From Escherichia coli (GTDB taxonomy: Bacteria; Pseudomonadota; Gammaproteobacteria; Enterobacterales; Enterobacteriaceae): a stretch of 64,000 bases of DNA. Positions 55,810 to 64,000 of the stretch are shown piece by piece (within the stretch, counting starts at the first letter, position 1; the number at the start of each line of letters is the position of its first letter). Under the pieces are notes generated by a model. That model was not told the origin of the DNA. It saw only the letters and a program-made list of their open reading frames with translations, and did not search any database. Both the position numbers and the translations under genes were made by a program. The stretch is from assembly GCF_036507355.1 (NCBI RefSeq), contig NZ_AP027878.1; one strand, given 5' to 3'.

Positions 55810-55972
55810 CACTGATCCTTAGAAGCTGTTTTTAATATCGGCCATACCAATGTTACAGCTACTGCTACCAACGCCCCGTCGGATAAAACCGACAGGATTG
55901 TGCTGGTGAAATCCACCAGCACAGATAGCACGAGAAAAACCAAAGCCAGAATTAGACGTGCTTTTATAACCA

Positions 55973-56398
55973 TCAGATATACTGTTCCAGTGGTAATTGA
56001 AGAGCCTGGGCAATTTTCTTCAATTGCTCCTGCTCTTCTGCCCCAATGCCATCCTGGTCAGCAATATCAATGCATAGGCACAGAACATCTACCGCATCAT
56101 TAGTTCCAGACACGTCAGCCAGTTCACGTAAAGCCTGGGCATTCGCTCGGCGCGGCGAGGCTTCATATTGAGCGCGAATATTGGCGCTCATCTGGGCAAT
56201 TTCACCGGAGAACGGCGCAAAGGCAGGAAGTGCTGCAATGGTTTTTTCCAATACTGCAATTTCTTTCGCATCGCAGGTGCCGTCAGAGTATGCAATGGAA
56301 TATGCGCCCCAGACAGTCGCTTCCACCGCATCACGGTTTTCCATCTTCTTGACTCCGCCAGCCGCTTTGCGGAATTTCTTTTTGAGAATGCCGAGCAT
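55973..56398 (-). CDS. tciA: TerB-like protein (TciA-like, tellurite resistance family)
   Basis: 141 aa; two DG-containing TerB-type repeats (YSDGTCDAKEIAVLEK..., IADQDGIGAEEQEQLKK...), GAGG RBS. Confidence 0.6.
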   Translation of the reverse strand: MLGILKKKFRKAAGGVKKMENRDAVEATVWGAYSIAYSDGTCDAKEIAVLEKTIAALPAFAPFSGEIAQMSANIRAQYEASPRRANAQALRELADVSGTNDAVDVLCLCIDIADQDGIGAEEQEQLKKIAQALQLPLEQYI

Positions 56399-57044
56399 TT
56401 ATTAACCTCATTACTGGTTGGGAAATAAGGTTGCGGTGCCGGGTGCTTCCCGGTGTCCTTTAGCTGGTTATCCACCGTGGACGGGGAAATAAGGAGAAAT
56501 AATGGACAGATATAACCATTTCCCCGCGTGCGCTTAGCCGCATTCACCGCAACGGAAAGAGCATTCCTGGTGGACCTGTAGATTGGGATATGAACCCGTT
56601 ACAGGAGAATGCTCTTACCTGTTACGTGCTCCGTTTCGTGGAGCTAACGGCGGGTGATCGGGCCGCACCAGACTGGACTTATTTCAGCGTTATGCTCATG
56701 CCAGAGAATCAAACTGTGATGGTCGGTGCTGAACTCCGACACAGGGTTGTAGCAAGCCCCGCAAAGCGCGCACTACTGTAGTTGCGGCACATCAGCCTGT
56801 GCATTCACCACAATGTTGAGAACACTGGTTGTCACGCTGCAACGCAACATTTATTCGTAGATTGGGATATGACCCCGTTACGCCAGTGTTCTCAACGTTG
56901 TAGTGCCGGTTACGGTTCCGGCCAGGCCTCTTCCTCAACGGGGTGTTCTCCATACGGACTACCGTTTATTGGTCGTTCCTGCGGTTTATGTTGTGAAGCC
57001 AGATGCTTATCTTCTGGTTGCTTCAAAGAGCTGCACTTCATCAC

Positions 57045-57128
57045 AACGGTAAGGGTACTTCGTAGGGATTCGAACCCTCTGCCAAGCTCGGCGATCTCCG
57101 ACGTCGCAAAATACCCTTACCTGTTGTG
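57045..57128 (-). ncRNA. tRNA-like structured element (T-arm-like AGGG-TTCGAAT-CCCT inside a long inverted repeat), not a canonical tRNA
   Basis: Minus strand has GGTTCGAATCC T-loop motif but no matching acceptor or anticodon arms; flanked by 17-bp inverted repeat CACAACAGGTAAGGGTA/TACCCTTACCGTTGTG. Confidence 0.35.
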
Positions 57129-57129
57129 C

Positions 57130-57205
57130 TGGTGCCGATTAACGGACTCGAACCGCTGACATCCTGCTTACAAGGCAGGCGCTCTACCAACTGAGCTAAA
57201 CCGGC
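57130..57205 (-). tRNA. tRNA-Thr (anticodon UGU)
   Basis: Minus strand GCCGGTTTAGCTCAGTTGGTAGAGCGCCTGCCTTGTAAGCAGGATGTCAGCGGTTCGAGTCCGTTAATCGGCACCA. Confidence 0.85.
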
Positions 57206-57207
57206 AT

Positions 57208-57283
57208 TGGCGATGGTGGATGGATTTGAACCATCGACCCGTTGATTAACAGTCAACCGCTCTAACCGCTGAGCTACACCATC
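57208..57283 (-). tRNA. tRNA-Asn (anticodon GUU)
   Basis: Minus strand ...GCTCAGCGGTTAGAGCGGTTGACTGTTAATCAAC...GGTTCAAATCC...CCA; two nt from tRNA-Thr. Confidence 0.85.
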
Positions 57284-57748
57284 ACTTGCCGGGTACGTCT
57301 CCGGCGAGGGCTTCCACCTCCGTATGCTTTTCGGCGCACCGCGCCCTGGCTGCAATTCGGTAACAGGGGATGCACAACCCTGGCTTCCAGCGTGATTAGC
57401 GCCTTCAGCATGACGGGATATACCCGTAAATTCGTGGAACTGTACCCAAAGTGCTGTTAAGCACCGCTGTTACGCTGAAAAGAAAACGCAACAGGAAAGG
57501 ACGCTGACCAACAGATGGCCCCTTCTCGTTCATCTGGTTAATCACACCAGCGCCCTTACCTGTTGTGCCTCCCCGTTCCCTAATACACAGACGGGGACAC
57601 TCTGCGGTCGATTTTTTGACGGGGGACGACTCATACCCCGTGGCATCTGGCTTCTTAGGCCGCTACCATCATCAGATCATCGTTTGCATTTACTTTAATG
57701 GTCAGTTTCTAAACCGCCGCAAAGTCGCTAACCATGACGAAAACCCTG

Positions 57749-57774
57749 AAAAAAACGCCCACCCGAAGATGGGC
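57749..57774 (-). terminator. Strong intrinsic terminator in the ban/tRNA operon leader
   Basis: Minus strand GCCCAUC-UUCG-GGUGGGC then seven U; about 160-180 nt downstream of the operator-overlapped promoter. Confidence 0.6.
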
Positions 57775-57937
57775 AAACTGGAAGCTCGTAACGCACTTCG
57801 GCGTTGCCACTTAGGCGCATGGTCAACCTGGCAACTCGGTGGTTTGTCTGGGAGGACTAGGCCCAGCCATGCTTACCGCCGCGCCTGTCGCGGCTAACAG
57901 CTAAATCGCTCTATAAATCACGATTCATTGAGGCGAT

Positions 57938-57965
57938 ATTACACTAATAAATTTATTAGAGCAAT
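57938..57965. promoter_or_regulatory. Bipartite C1 operator overlapping the promoter of the tRNA/ban operon
   Basis: Perfect AAATTTATTAGAGCAAT (57949-57965) overlapping a second inverted copy (57938-57954); minus-strand -35 TTGCTC and -10 TAATAT with 17-bp spacer. Confidence 0.8.
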
Positions 57966-60220
57966 ATACCCAAAACGTCATGAGCTACACCTCGAGTGTC
58001 CCCCTTACAAGACACAGAACGTCTGGCAAAAAGAGGTTCCACTCTGAAGCCACTGTCATGATAAAGCTCTCTGATGTTTGGCGCGCCACTGTTAGTAATG
58101 AGAACCTTTGCACCTCGACGATGAGCATCCGTCAACAGAGACACCAGGCGTTTTTGCTCTTCAAACTTAAAGTCATGACCGGAATAGTTCGTGAATCCCT
58201 CTGTATTTGGAAGCGGTTCATACGGCGGATCGCAAAAGATGACATCTCCTTCTCCGGCAGCTTCAATCACCGCTGCAAAATCACCGCATACAAACTCAGA
58301 CCGCCCTTCCGCACCGAGGAAGGCTTCCATCTCCTGTAATGGGAAATACGGAGTTTTATACTTCCCGTAACCGACATTGAACTCACCGGCCTGGTTGTAA
58401 CGCGTCAATCCGTTAAAACAATGTCGGTTCAGGAACAAAAACGCCGCTGCGCGATGTAAATCATCATAGACTTGTTTGTTAAACGCATTCCGTACTGCCA
58501 GGTATCCTTCCTGTGTGTTGTAGTCCTGGAAGAAACGATGCGCCAGTGTGATAAGTGAATGCGCCTCGCGTTGCAGAGTCTTGTAAAAGTTAATCAGGTC
58601 AGCATTCACATCATTTAGCAGATTTTCCTGGTATCCGGCATTCGTGAAGACAGCTCCGCCACCGACAAAAGGTTCGATCAGGCGCTTCCCTTCTGGCAAA
58701 TAGCGAAAGATTTGTTCCAGAACACCAAATTTTCCACCAGCCCATTTGAATATGGACCGTTCGAATTCTGCCGCTGGTTTAACTTTTCGCTCTTTTGTTT
58801 CACTTCCTTCTTTCTGCCGACATACGGCCTTAGTAATCCGATCGCCAATCCAGCGCATTACTGGTATTGCCATACTATTGCCGATCGCTTTGTAACGCGG
58901 TCCGTCAGCTGCAAGCATCGCGGCCTCTTCTTCGCTTAAATCTGGATAGTGATTGCGAAGATATGCCAGTTCATCTGAATTAACTTTTTTACGCTTTTCC
59001 GTCGGGATCAACGTATGCCCATCAGGAAAACCTTGCAGCCTTTCACATTCGACAGGGGTAAGACGGCGGACAGCTACTTCTGCGTTTCTTACTTCATAGC
59101 AAACAGCTGTTGGATTTTTAGCCATTAGAGATGGTGAAGTATTCTTAGTTGCAGCATGTTGTGTACCGCTCATACGCTCAGGAAAAGCCAATGTAACAAG
59201 ATGCTCATGGCTTTCTTGCTCACGTGCCCGCAATGTACCATGCCCTTCTGACCAAAAACCTGCTCCTGTGCTGCTAAAAACGGCAAGGTCAGTGGCATCT
59301 TTAAAATCTCTTGCCTTTACTGTCGATGCGGTTTCATCGTCAATATATTCCCCAAATGCTGCCATCCTGAAAGCGTTTACGGCTTTCGTCGATTTCATAC
59401 TGGGTGGCATGTCAGCGTGTAGGCATGGATTTAGGCTTTCGCCACTGATTGCAGCGCCATTTGCAATAATGGCGGAAGCGATTTCCTTCTTTTTTCGCCT
59501 CGGCGCAATATTCCGGCGCACGCCTTCGAACTCAAAAAGTACCGTTGCGGGATCGAGGTCTGTTCGAGCACTTGCGACAACAAACACGCGTCGGCGTCGT
59601 TGTGCCACTCCGAAGTATTGGGCATCAAGGATTCTCCAGGCCACCTTTCGCTGCGGTCCATAAATACAACCACACTGCGGCCACTTTGGAGCATGGCAAC
59701 CGGTTTTGCCATCCCACCGCCAGAACGCGTTACTTTTTCCTGATTCAGGTCGATCACCTGGTTCAAATGGCGCATCTTCTCCAGCCAATCCGGCAAGGAA
59801 ACATCCGAAGGCGTTATCTGCCGATGACAGGACTCCTGGGACATTTTCCCAGACGATAACTGTCGGTTTGAGGAAGGACTCAGACCGTTTGTCGTCAATT
59901 GCATTTGCAAGCTCCACATACTTCAAAGTTAGCGCGCCGCGTTCATCATCAAGCCCACCACGTAAGCCCGCGATACTGAATGCCTGACAAGGCGTACCCC
60001 CGACGAGCACATCAGGGGATTCGATTTCCCCAGCCAGGACTTTTTTGGCAAGTTTTGTCATGTCGCCAAGGTTGGCGACATGGGGCCAGCGGTGCGCAAG
60101 AACGGCAGATGGAAAAGACTCGATTTCAGCAAACCACACCGGACGCATACCCAACGGTTCCCAGGCAATACTCGCGGCTTCAATTCCACTGCAAACAGAT
60201 CCATAGCACAGCTCTTTCAC
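57956..60220 (-). CDS. dmt: Dmt, bifunctional DNA methyltransferase (C5-cytosine N-terminal, Dam-like N6-adenine C-terminal)
   Basis: 754 aa; GTPCQAFS and VWENVPGV (C5-MTase), FCDPPYEPL (DPPY motif). Confidence 0.85.
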   Translation of the reverse strand: MKELCYGSVCSGIEAASIAWEPLGMRPVWFAEIESFPSAVLAHRWPHVANLGDMTKLAKKVLAGEIESPDVLVGGTPCQAFSIAGLRGGLDDERGALTLKYVELANAIDDKRSESFLKPTVIVWENVPGVLSSADNAFGCFLAGLAGEDAPFEPGDRPESGKSNAFWRWDGKTGCHAPKWPQCGCIYGPQRKVAWRILDAQYFGVAQRRRRVFVVASARTDLDPATVLFEFEGVRRNIAPRRKKKEIASAIIANGAAISGESLNPCLHADMPPSMKSTKAVNAFRMAAFGEYIDDETASTVKARDFKDATDLAVFSSTGAGFWSEGHGTLRAREQESHEHLVTLAFPERMSGTQHAATKNTSPSLMAKNPTAVCYEVRNAEVAVRRLTPVECERLQGFPDGHTLIPTEKRKKVNSDELAYLRNHYPDLSEEEAAMLAADGPRYKAIGNSMAIPVMRWIGDRITKAVCRQKEGSETKERKVKPAAEFERSIFKWAGGKFGVLEQIFRYLPEGKRLIEPFVGGGAVFTNAGYQENLLNDVNADLINFYKTLQREAHSLITLAHRFFQDYNTQEGYLAVRNAFNKQVYDDLHRAAAFLFLNRHCFNGLTRYNQAGEFNVGYGKYKTPYFPLQEMEAFLGAEGRSEFVCGDFAAVIEAAGEGDVIFCDPPYEPLPNTEGFTNYSGHDFKFEEQKRLVSLLTDAHRRGAKVLITNSGAPNIRELYHDSGFRVEPLFARRSVSCKGDTRGVAHDVLGILL

Positions 60221-61122
60221 TGCTTAGCCTCTCCACCAAGGGCATTTACCAGAGCATCAACCAGGCACGAAATTTCACTGGTCAACAGGAAGAAATCTGC
60301 GTCCAGTCGCTGCGCAACATCTTCACTATCAATATCAGAGTTCTGCTCAAGCAATTCATCCGCAAATTTGACGCTGGTAAGGCTGAAGTTATGGTCCAGT
60401 GTAAATTTAATGCGGTTCTGCCAGTCGAGTGCCAACTTAGTAACGAGCTTGCCAGCTTCCAGGTGTGTGGAAATTTCATCGCTTCCCAAATCCTGCTTTT
60501 TCACCCGGGCAATACCGCCATCCTCAAGCACTGCCTTAAGTTCTGCCGCATCCCCCATTTGAAATCCCTGTGGAGCACTACCATCACGTACCCAGTCGGT
60601 CAGCGTTAATTCAATGGGATTTTCAACACTCAGGGGAACAACAGGAAGAGAACCCAGAGACTTACGCATAAGCGCGAGCATATCCTCTGCCTGCCGCGCG
60701 CTGGCATTGATATAGATACGTTTAGTTGAACCGTCGTAGATCGCCTGGATAACAGAAAACTTTGAAAAAGCCCGTGGCAGAAGAGAATGCAGAACTTCGT
60801 CTTTCAGGGAGTCCTTCTCTGTTTTCTTCAGTTTACGCGCTTGTTCTTGCTCAAGTTTTTCAATTTTTTCTTGAATAGCTCGCTGGATAACCGGCGGGGG
60901 AAGAATTTTTGTTTCGCGCTTTGCTTCAACAAGGATAAAACCATTTCCATGCATAGCGATAACTTCGGAATTATCACCAAATGGAGATACAAAACCGAAC
61001 TTGGCCATATCCTGACTACCGCATGGCGTGAAAAGGATCATTTTCTTTTTATCTTCTAAGTCGGTCAGATCCGCCTCACGAGAAAGTTTATAAATAGTAA
61101 TGTTTTTCCAGTGCTTAAACAT
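60217..61122 (-). CDS. hrdC: HrdC, RdgC homologue (recombination-associated DNA-binding protein)
   Basis: 301 aa from [15 protein letters not shown]; strong similarity to E. coli RdgC (...[15 protein letters not shown]..., ...[22 protein letters not shown]...). Confidence 0.8.
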   Translation of the reverse strand: MFKHWKNITIYKLSREADLTDLEDKKKMILFTPCGSQDMAKFGFVSPFGDNSEVIAMHGNGFILVEAKRETKILPPPVIQRAIQEKIEKLEQEQARKLKKTEKDSLKDEVLHSLLPRAFSKFSVIQAIYDGSTKRIYINASARQAEDMLALMRKSLGSLPVVPLSVENPIELTLTDWVRDGSAPQGFQMGDAAELKAVLEDGGIARVKKQDLGSDEISTHLEAGKLVTKLALDWQNRIKFTLDHNFSLTSVKFADELLEQNSDIDSEDVAQRLDADFFLLTSEISCLVDALVNALGGEAKQ

Positions 61123-61471
61123 GTTGTAACCCTTGAATATCAACCACAGAAAGCTCGTCTTTGTAGAAAAAGGCCAGGTTGTGGCACCCCCTCGTTTGAG
61201 CGTATGAGCTGGGACCAATTTCGTTCTTCCAGACAAATGGCTTCAAATCCGTACGGCGAAGCATAAAAACGCGATTTGTTCCGCTCTGATTCCCAATGAG
61301 GCAAAAGCCTTCTTTCACCTTGATAGCCTGCAAGTTGTCGAGTTCACCGCTGGTTACACGGCTATCGAACTCTTTGCGGCTTATTAGCTCCATCTGCATC
61401 TGACGACTCCAAACAAATGCCCATTGAAGGGCGATGGCTGAATGGTACCGAAAATACGACATAAAAAACAA
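61115..61471 (-). CDS. uhr: Uhr (upstream of hrdC), hypothetical; true start probably internal
   Basis: 118-aa ORF; N-terminus overlaps a C1 operator. Confidence 0.4.
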   Translation of the reverse strand: MFFMSYFRYHSAIALQWAFVWSRQMQMELISRKEFDSRVTSGELDNLQAIKVKEGFCLIGNQSGTNRVFMLRRTDLKPFVWKNEIGPSSYAQTRGCHNLAFFYKDELSVVDIQGLQHV

Positions 61472-61487
61472 TATTTATTAGAGCAAT
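61471..61487. promoter_or_regulatory. C1 operator upstream of uhr-hrdC-dmt
   Basis: ATATTTATTAGAGCAAT, one mismatch. Confidence 0.65.
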
Positions 61488-61568
61488 TTTGCAATAGTTG
61501 AACTCCGTGTAGACCACAAACAACCTGAGTTAAAATAACGAAAATCAGAGCAAATAATTGGTGATGAC

Positions 61569-61853
61569 GTGGCAAGTATTGCAACAAAAGACAGCATTTG
61601 TTCGGGGCACGGAGGATTCCCATCCAGGCCTCCTGTAGAGAGTGAACCACTACTTAAAGTCAACGGAGTCGAAGTGTTAGTTGATGGTAAGCAATATGCA
61701 CAGCATACCGATGGAAACAGTACGCACGGTGGGCAAGCTATATCAACCAGGGCATGGTTTACCGTCAATGGTAAAGGGATCGTATGCGTTGGTGACCCTG
61801 TTTCATGCGGATCTACCGTAGCGTCCGGAGACGGCCTGGTTCAGGTAAGTTAG
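61569..61853 (+). CDS. Hypothetical small protein
   Basis: 94-aa ORF divergent from uhr. Confidence 0.35.
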   Translation: MASIATKDSICSGHGGFPSRPPVESEPLLKVNGVEVLVDGKQYAQHTDGNSTHGGQAISTRAWFTVNGKGIVCVGDPVSCGSTVASGDGLVQVS

Positions 61854-62650
61854 GAGATATCATGCTGGAAAAAGACTACCAGTTATCCGCATATAAAAAA
61901 TTGGCCGCCGCCGGTGGGATGAAAACACCTGGTGCCATAACATCGGCACGAAACAGTGCTAACACGGCAAAACAGCTTGCAGAAGAATTGATCGGATTAA
62001 TTTTGGATACAATTGTCTATCCCGACACTATTACCAGCTATGTTTCAACGATCAGAACAACCACAACCGGCTTAACGAACATTGGAGAACTGGCAACTAA
62101 GCACGCGGACCTGTTGGCTGGTTATGCAGATCTGTCAATGCTGCTTCAACTCGATATTGGTTGGGATGTTTACTGCCGTGCTAATGAGCGAGAAGTATCA
62201 GAACTGCCGATCTCTATTGCCATTGGTGATGTGACTATTACTAAATCGCTTGAGGACGCTGTAAACGCGCTTAATACATCAAGTTTAGTCGCTGCTATGG
62301 GGGAGATTAACCAGACCCTTAACACTGGCTCAGGAAGCTCGTCAGGCTCTGGTTCAGGCGGCGGCACTGCCACTCCCCCACCAGCACTAACAGAAGAGCA
62401 AATTGAATCTCTGAAAGTAGCAACTGAACAGTTTGAGGTTGTTTTCAACCAGACAACAGCGCCCACAACTGCGTTACAACAGCAGTATGAACGAGCGAAT
62501 GAAAGCGCCAACGTAGCCATAACTGCTTATAACCATGCTATCGGTACCGCGCTTGCGGAAGCATCAGCAAATAAGGCCAGCACAGCCAGCGCAGTTGCCG
62601 CTTTGGTTCCTGATTCTGTTCTTGATGAATTAAACAAAGCGGCACAGTAA
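61805..62650 (+). CDS. Hypothetical protein with a Ser/Gly linker (SGSSSGSGSGGG)
   Basis: 281-aa ORF. Confidence 0.45.
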   Translation: MRIYRSVRRRPGSGKLGDIMLEKDYQLSAYKKLAAAGGMKTPGAITSARNSANTAKQLAEELIGLILDTIVYPDTITSYVSTIRTTTTGLTNIGELATKHADLLAGYADLSMLLQLDIGWDVYCRANEREVSELPISIAIGDVTITKSLEDAVNALNTSSLVAAMGEINQTLNTGSGSSSGSGSGGGTATPPPALTEEQIESLKVATEQFEVVFNQTTAPTTALQQQYERANESANVAITAYNHAIGTALAEASANKASTASAVAALVPDSVLDELNKAAQ

Positions 62651-62662
62651 CAAAGGACTTCA

Positions 62663-63112
62663 TTGATAATTTTTCTTCAGGAGGAAGACATGTCATTCTT
62701 TTCTACGTTAAAAACAGCTTTGTCTTTGAAGGAGAAACTTGCTGCTACTGGTGTTCTTGTTCTGATTTGCGCACTTGTTGGTGCTGGGTTTGCATGGGAA
62801 CGTCATCAGCTAAAGCAAGCCATGGAGAAAATTGGCAGTCTTGATCAGGCTGTTAAGGAACGTGATAAGTCAATAATGGATCTTAACCAGGCCATTGAGA
62901 CGATGAACAAAGCAGAGCAACATTTTCACAGCCAGGAAGTGAAAAATGAATCAGAACAAGCCAAGTATGCTGACAGGCAAATGGAACGAAAAGCTGAAGT
63001 TCAGAAACAACTGGTTGCGGCGGGTAATGTTCGCCAGCGTATTCCTGCTGACACTCAGCGGTTGCTCCGGGAGTCGATCAGCGAATTTAACGCCGACGCC
63101 GACAAAGGTTAA
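62663..63112 (+). CDS. Membrane-anchored coiled-coil protein, i-spanin (Rz)-like
   Basis: 149 aa; N-terminal TM segment VLVLICALVGAGFAW, coiled coil, C-terminal RIPADTQRLLRES resembling Rz C-termini. Confidence 0.45.
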   Translation: MIIFLQEEDMSFFSTLKTALSLKEKLAATGVLVLICALVGAGFAWERHQLKQAMEKIGSLDQAVKERDKSIMDLNQAIETMNKAEQHFHSQEVKNESEQAKYADRQMERKAEVQKQLVAAGNVRQRIPADTQRLLRESISEFNADADKG

Positions 63113-63278
63113 CCACCCTGCCCCCAAAAGTGCATTTATGTGCAGGATGCCAGAATTTAGCAGTGAATATTTTGATGATCTGCCAGCCTATATCCTTGAT
63201 ACAGAAACGATGCTGAAGGGGATTAACAGGAAGAATCGCAACGTTAATGATTACAACCGCGCTATCAGCGGTAACTAA
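63027..63278 (+). CDS. Lipoprotein, o-spanin (Rz1)-like, overlapping the 3' end of the preceding gene
   Basis: From internal ATG: MFASVFLLTLSGC lipobox then Pro-rich LTPTPTKVNHPAP; track ORF begins 62946. Confidence 0.4.
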   Translation: MFASVFLLTLSGCSGSRSANLTPTPTKVNHPAPKSAFMCRMPEFSSEYFDDLPAYILDTETMLKGINRKNRNVNDYNRAISGN

Positions 63279-63289
63279 AAGGGATTTTT

Positions 63290-63682
63290 ATGTCTGATAA
63301 AGTAACAGTAAAGCAAACTATCAACAAAGCGACTTCAATCTACAAAATTGAGCACATCACTGTTGGCAAGCCAGGATCTGAACAATACCGTCATGCTTTC
63401 GAGCTTGCCGATCAGCTTGGTTTAAAACACCCGGATTGCATCGAGCATGTATTTCCGACCTATGCTGATGAGCAATGTACTCATGTTCTTACCGAAGAGG
63501 ATTTTTTCAGCACTGAAGAACGAGAAGGCGTTGATCGCTGCATTGGTGTGATTTGTTCTTCGGTAAGTGATGAGTTATTCCCTAATGTGCCTGAATATGG
63601 TGGTATTGGATACCAATTCCTGTACGAGGGCGATGAGCTTAAATGCTATGAACATGGTCTTCTCATCGAAAGCGTAGAATAA
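63290..63682 (+). CDS. Hypothetical protein just upstream of oriR
   Basis: 130-aa ORF. Confidence 0.45.
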   Translation: MSDKVTVKQTINKATSIYKIEHITVGKPGSEQYRHAFELADQLGLKHPDCIEHVFPTYADEQCTHVLTEEDFFSTEEREGVDRCIGVICSSVSDELFPNVPEYGGIGYQFLYEGDELKCYEHGLLIESVE

Positions 63683-63723
63683 TACGACTGCCTTCCAACC
63701 GGCTACGTTGGCCGGTTTTTCAC

Positions 63724-63742
63724 TTATCCACATTATCCACTG
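63724..63742. promoter_or_regulatory. Tandem DnaA boxes of plasmid origin oriR
   Basis: TTATCCACA and TTATCCACT. Confidence 0.7.
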
Positions 63743-63744
63743 GA

Positions 63745-63802
63745 TAGATCCAATAATCAGGTCCATACAGATCCCAATTAGATCCATATAGATCCCTGAT
63801 CG
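63745..63802. repeat. GATC-containing heptamer repeats of oriR (Dam methylation sites)
   Basis: Five GATC sites at about 11-bp spacing: AGATCC, AGATCC, AGATCC, AGATCC, TGATCG. Confidence 0.7.
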
Positions 63803-63840
63803 TTGCAGGCCGTGCCACGTCTGGCTTAGAAGTGTATCGC

Positions 63841-63945
63841 GATGTGTGCTGGAGGGAAAACGATGTGTGCTGGAGGGATAAAAATGTGTGCTGACGGGTT
63901 GCTAATGTGTGCTGGCGGGATATAGGATGTGTGCTGACGGGAAAG
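63841..63945. repeat. incC: Five 21-bp-spaced iterons (RepA-binding incC repeats of oriR)
   Basis: GATGTGTGCTGGAGGGAAAAC and four close variants in direct tandem; repA would lie beyond the window edge. Confidence 0.8.
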
Positions 63946-64000
63946 CCTGGGTAGTTATCACCACTTATAAAAACTATCCACACAATTCGGAAAAAGTAAT

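Noticed and set aside
55819-56013. 64-aa minus-strand ORF overlapping the 3' end of the TerB-like gene
   Set aside because: Gly/Ser-rich, no clear RBS, overlaps tciA by 41 bp; mentioned in findings but too weak to list as a feature.
57045-57128. A third tRNA next to tRNA-Thr
   Set aside because: Only a T-arm-like motif is present; no acceptor stem, D-arm or anticodon arm can be drawn. Kept as a tRNA-like ncRNA element instead.
56782-57159. 125-aa plus-strand ORF
   Set aside because: Runs antisense across the tRNA-like element and tRNA-Thr; Cys/Ser/Gly-rich low-complexity translation; almost certainly a shadow ORF.
57565-57897. 110-aa plus-strand ORF in the tRNA operon leader
   Set aside because: Antisense to the transcribed strand, no RBS, Arg/His-rich non-protein-like composition, spans the leader terminator.
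63841-63945. Tandem 21-bp repeats that could be mistaken for a CRISPR array
   Set aside because: Repeats are contiguous with no intervening unique spacers and sit beside DnaA boxes and GATC heptamers: plasmid iterons, not CRISPR.

Overview
This 64 kb window reads as a contiguous segment of a P1-like (Punavirus) temperate phage-plasmid, running in reverse relative to the conventional P1 map; gene names are assigned by recall of P1 protein sequences and gene order, with no database search possible. Left to right: the edge of the invertible tail-fibre C-segment with a cix site and cin; a lysis and Dar anti-restriction operon (lydA, lydB, hdf, darA, ddrA, ddrB, hxr); an AT-rich isaA gene beside a complete IS1 with 9-bp target duplications; isaB, ssb and the SAR endolysin lyz; pro and prt; the 2255-aa darB; ulx and lxc; the EcoP1I-like type III mod and res; mat, ref, cra and cre with a perfect loxP; the immC region (coi, c1, operator repeats); pacB and pacA with the pac site; lpa, two genes after doc, doc-phd, humD behind an SOS box, lxr and hot; a block of C1-operator-controlled genes of unknown role (ASCH-like, HAD phosphatase, ppp, two GSGPS-motif paralogs, VRR-NUC-like, TraR-like); a baseplate cluster; a glycosyltransferase-like gene; ban; three tRNAs (Ile-CAU, Thr-UGU, Asn-GUU) with a TerB-like gene; dmt, hrdC and uhr; a spanin-like pair; and the start of oriR. 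No CRISPR array or rRNA is present. The most noteworthy unexplained signals are an 11-nt motif TGATTGATTGG recurring four times in one orientation upstream of minus-strand start codons, a strong leader terminator plus repeats and a tRNA-like element in the ban/tRNA operon, and a C1-controlled block with three glycosyltransferase-like genes and a phosphatase.
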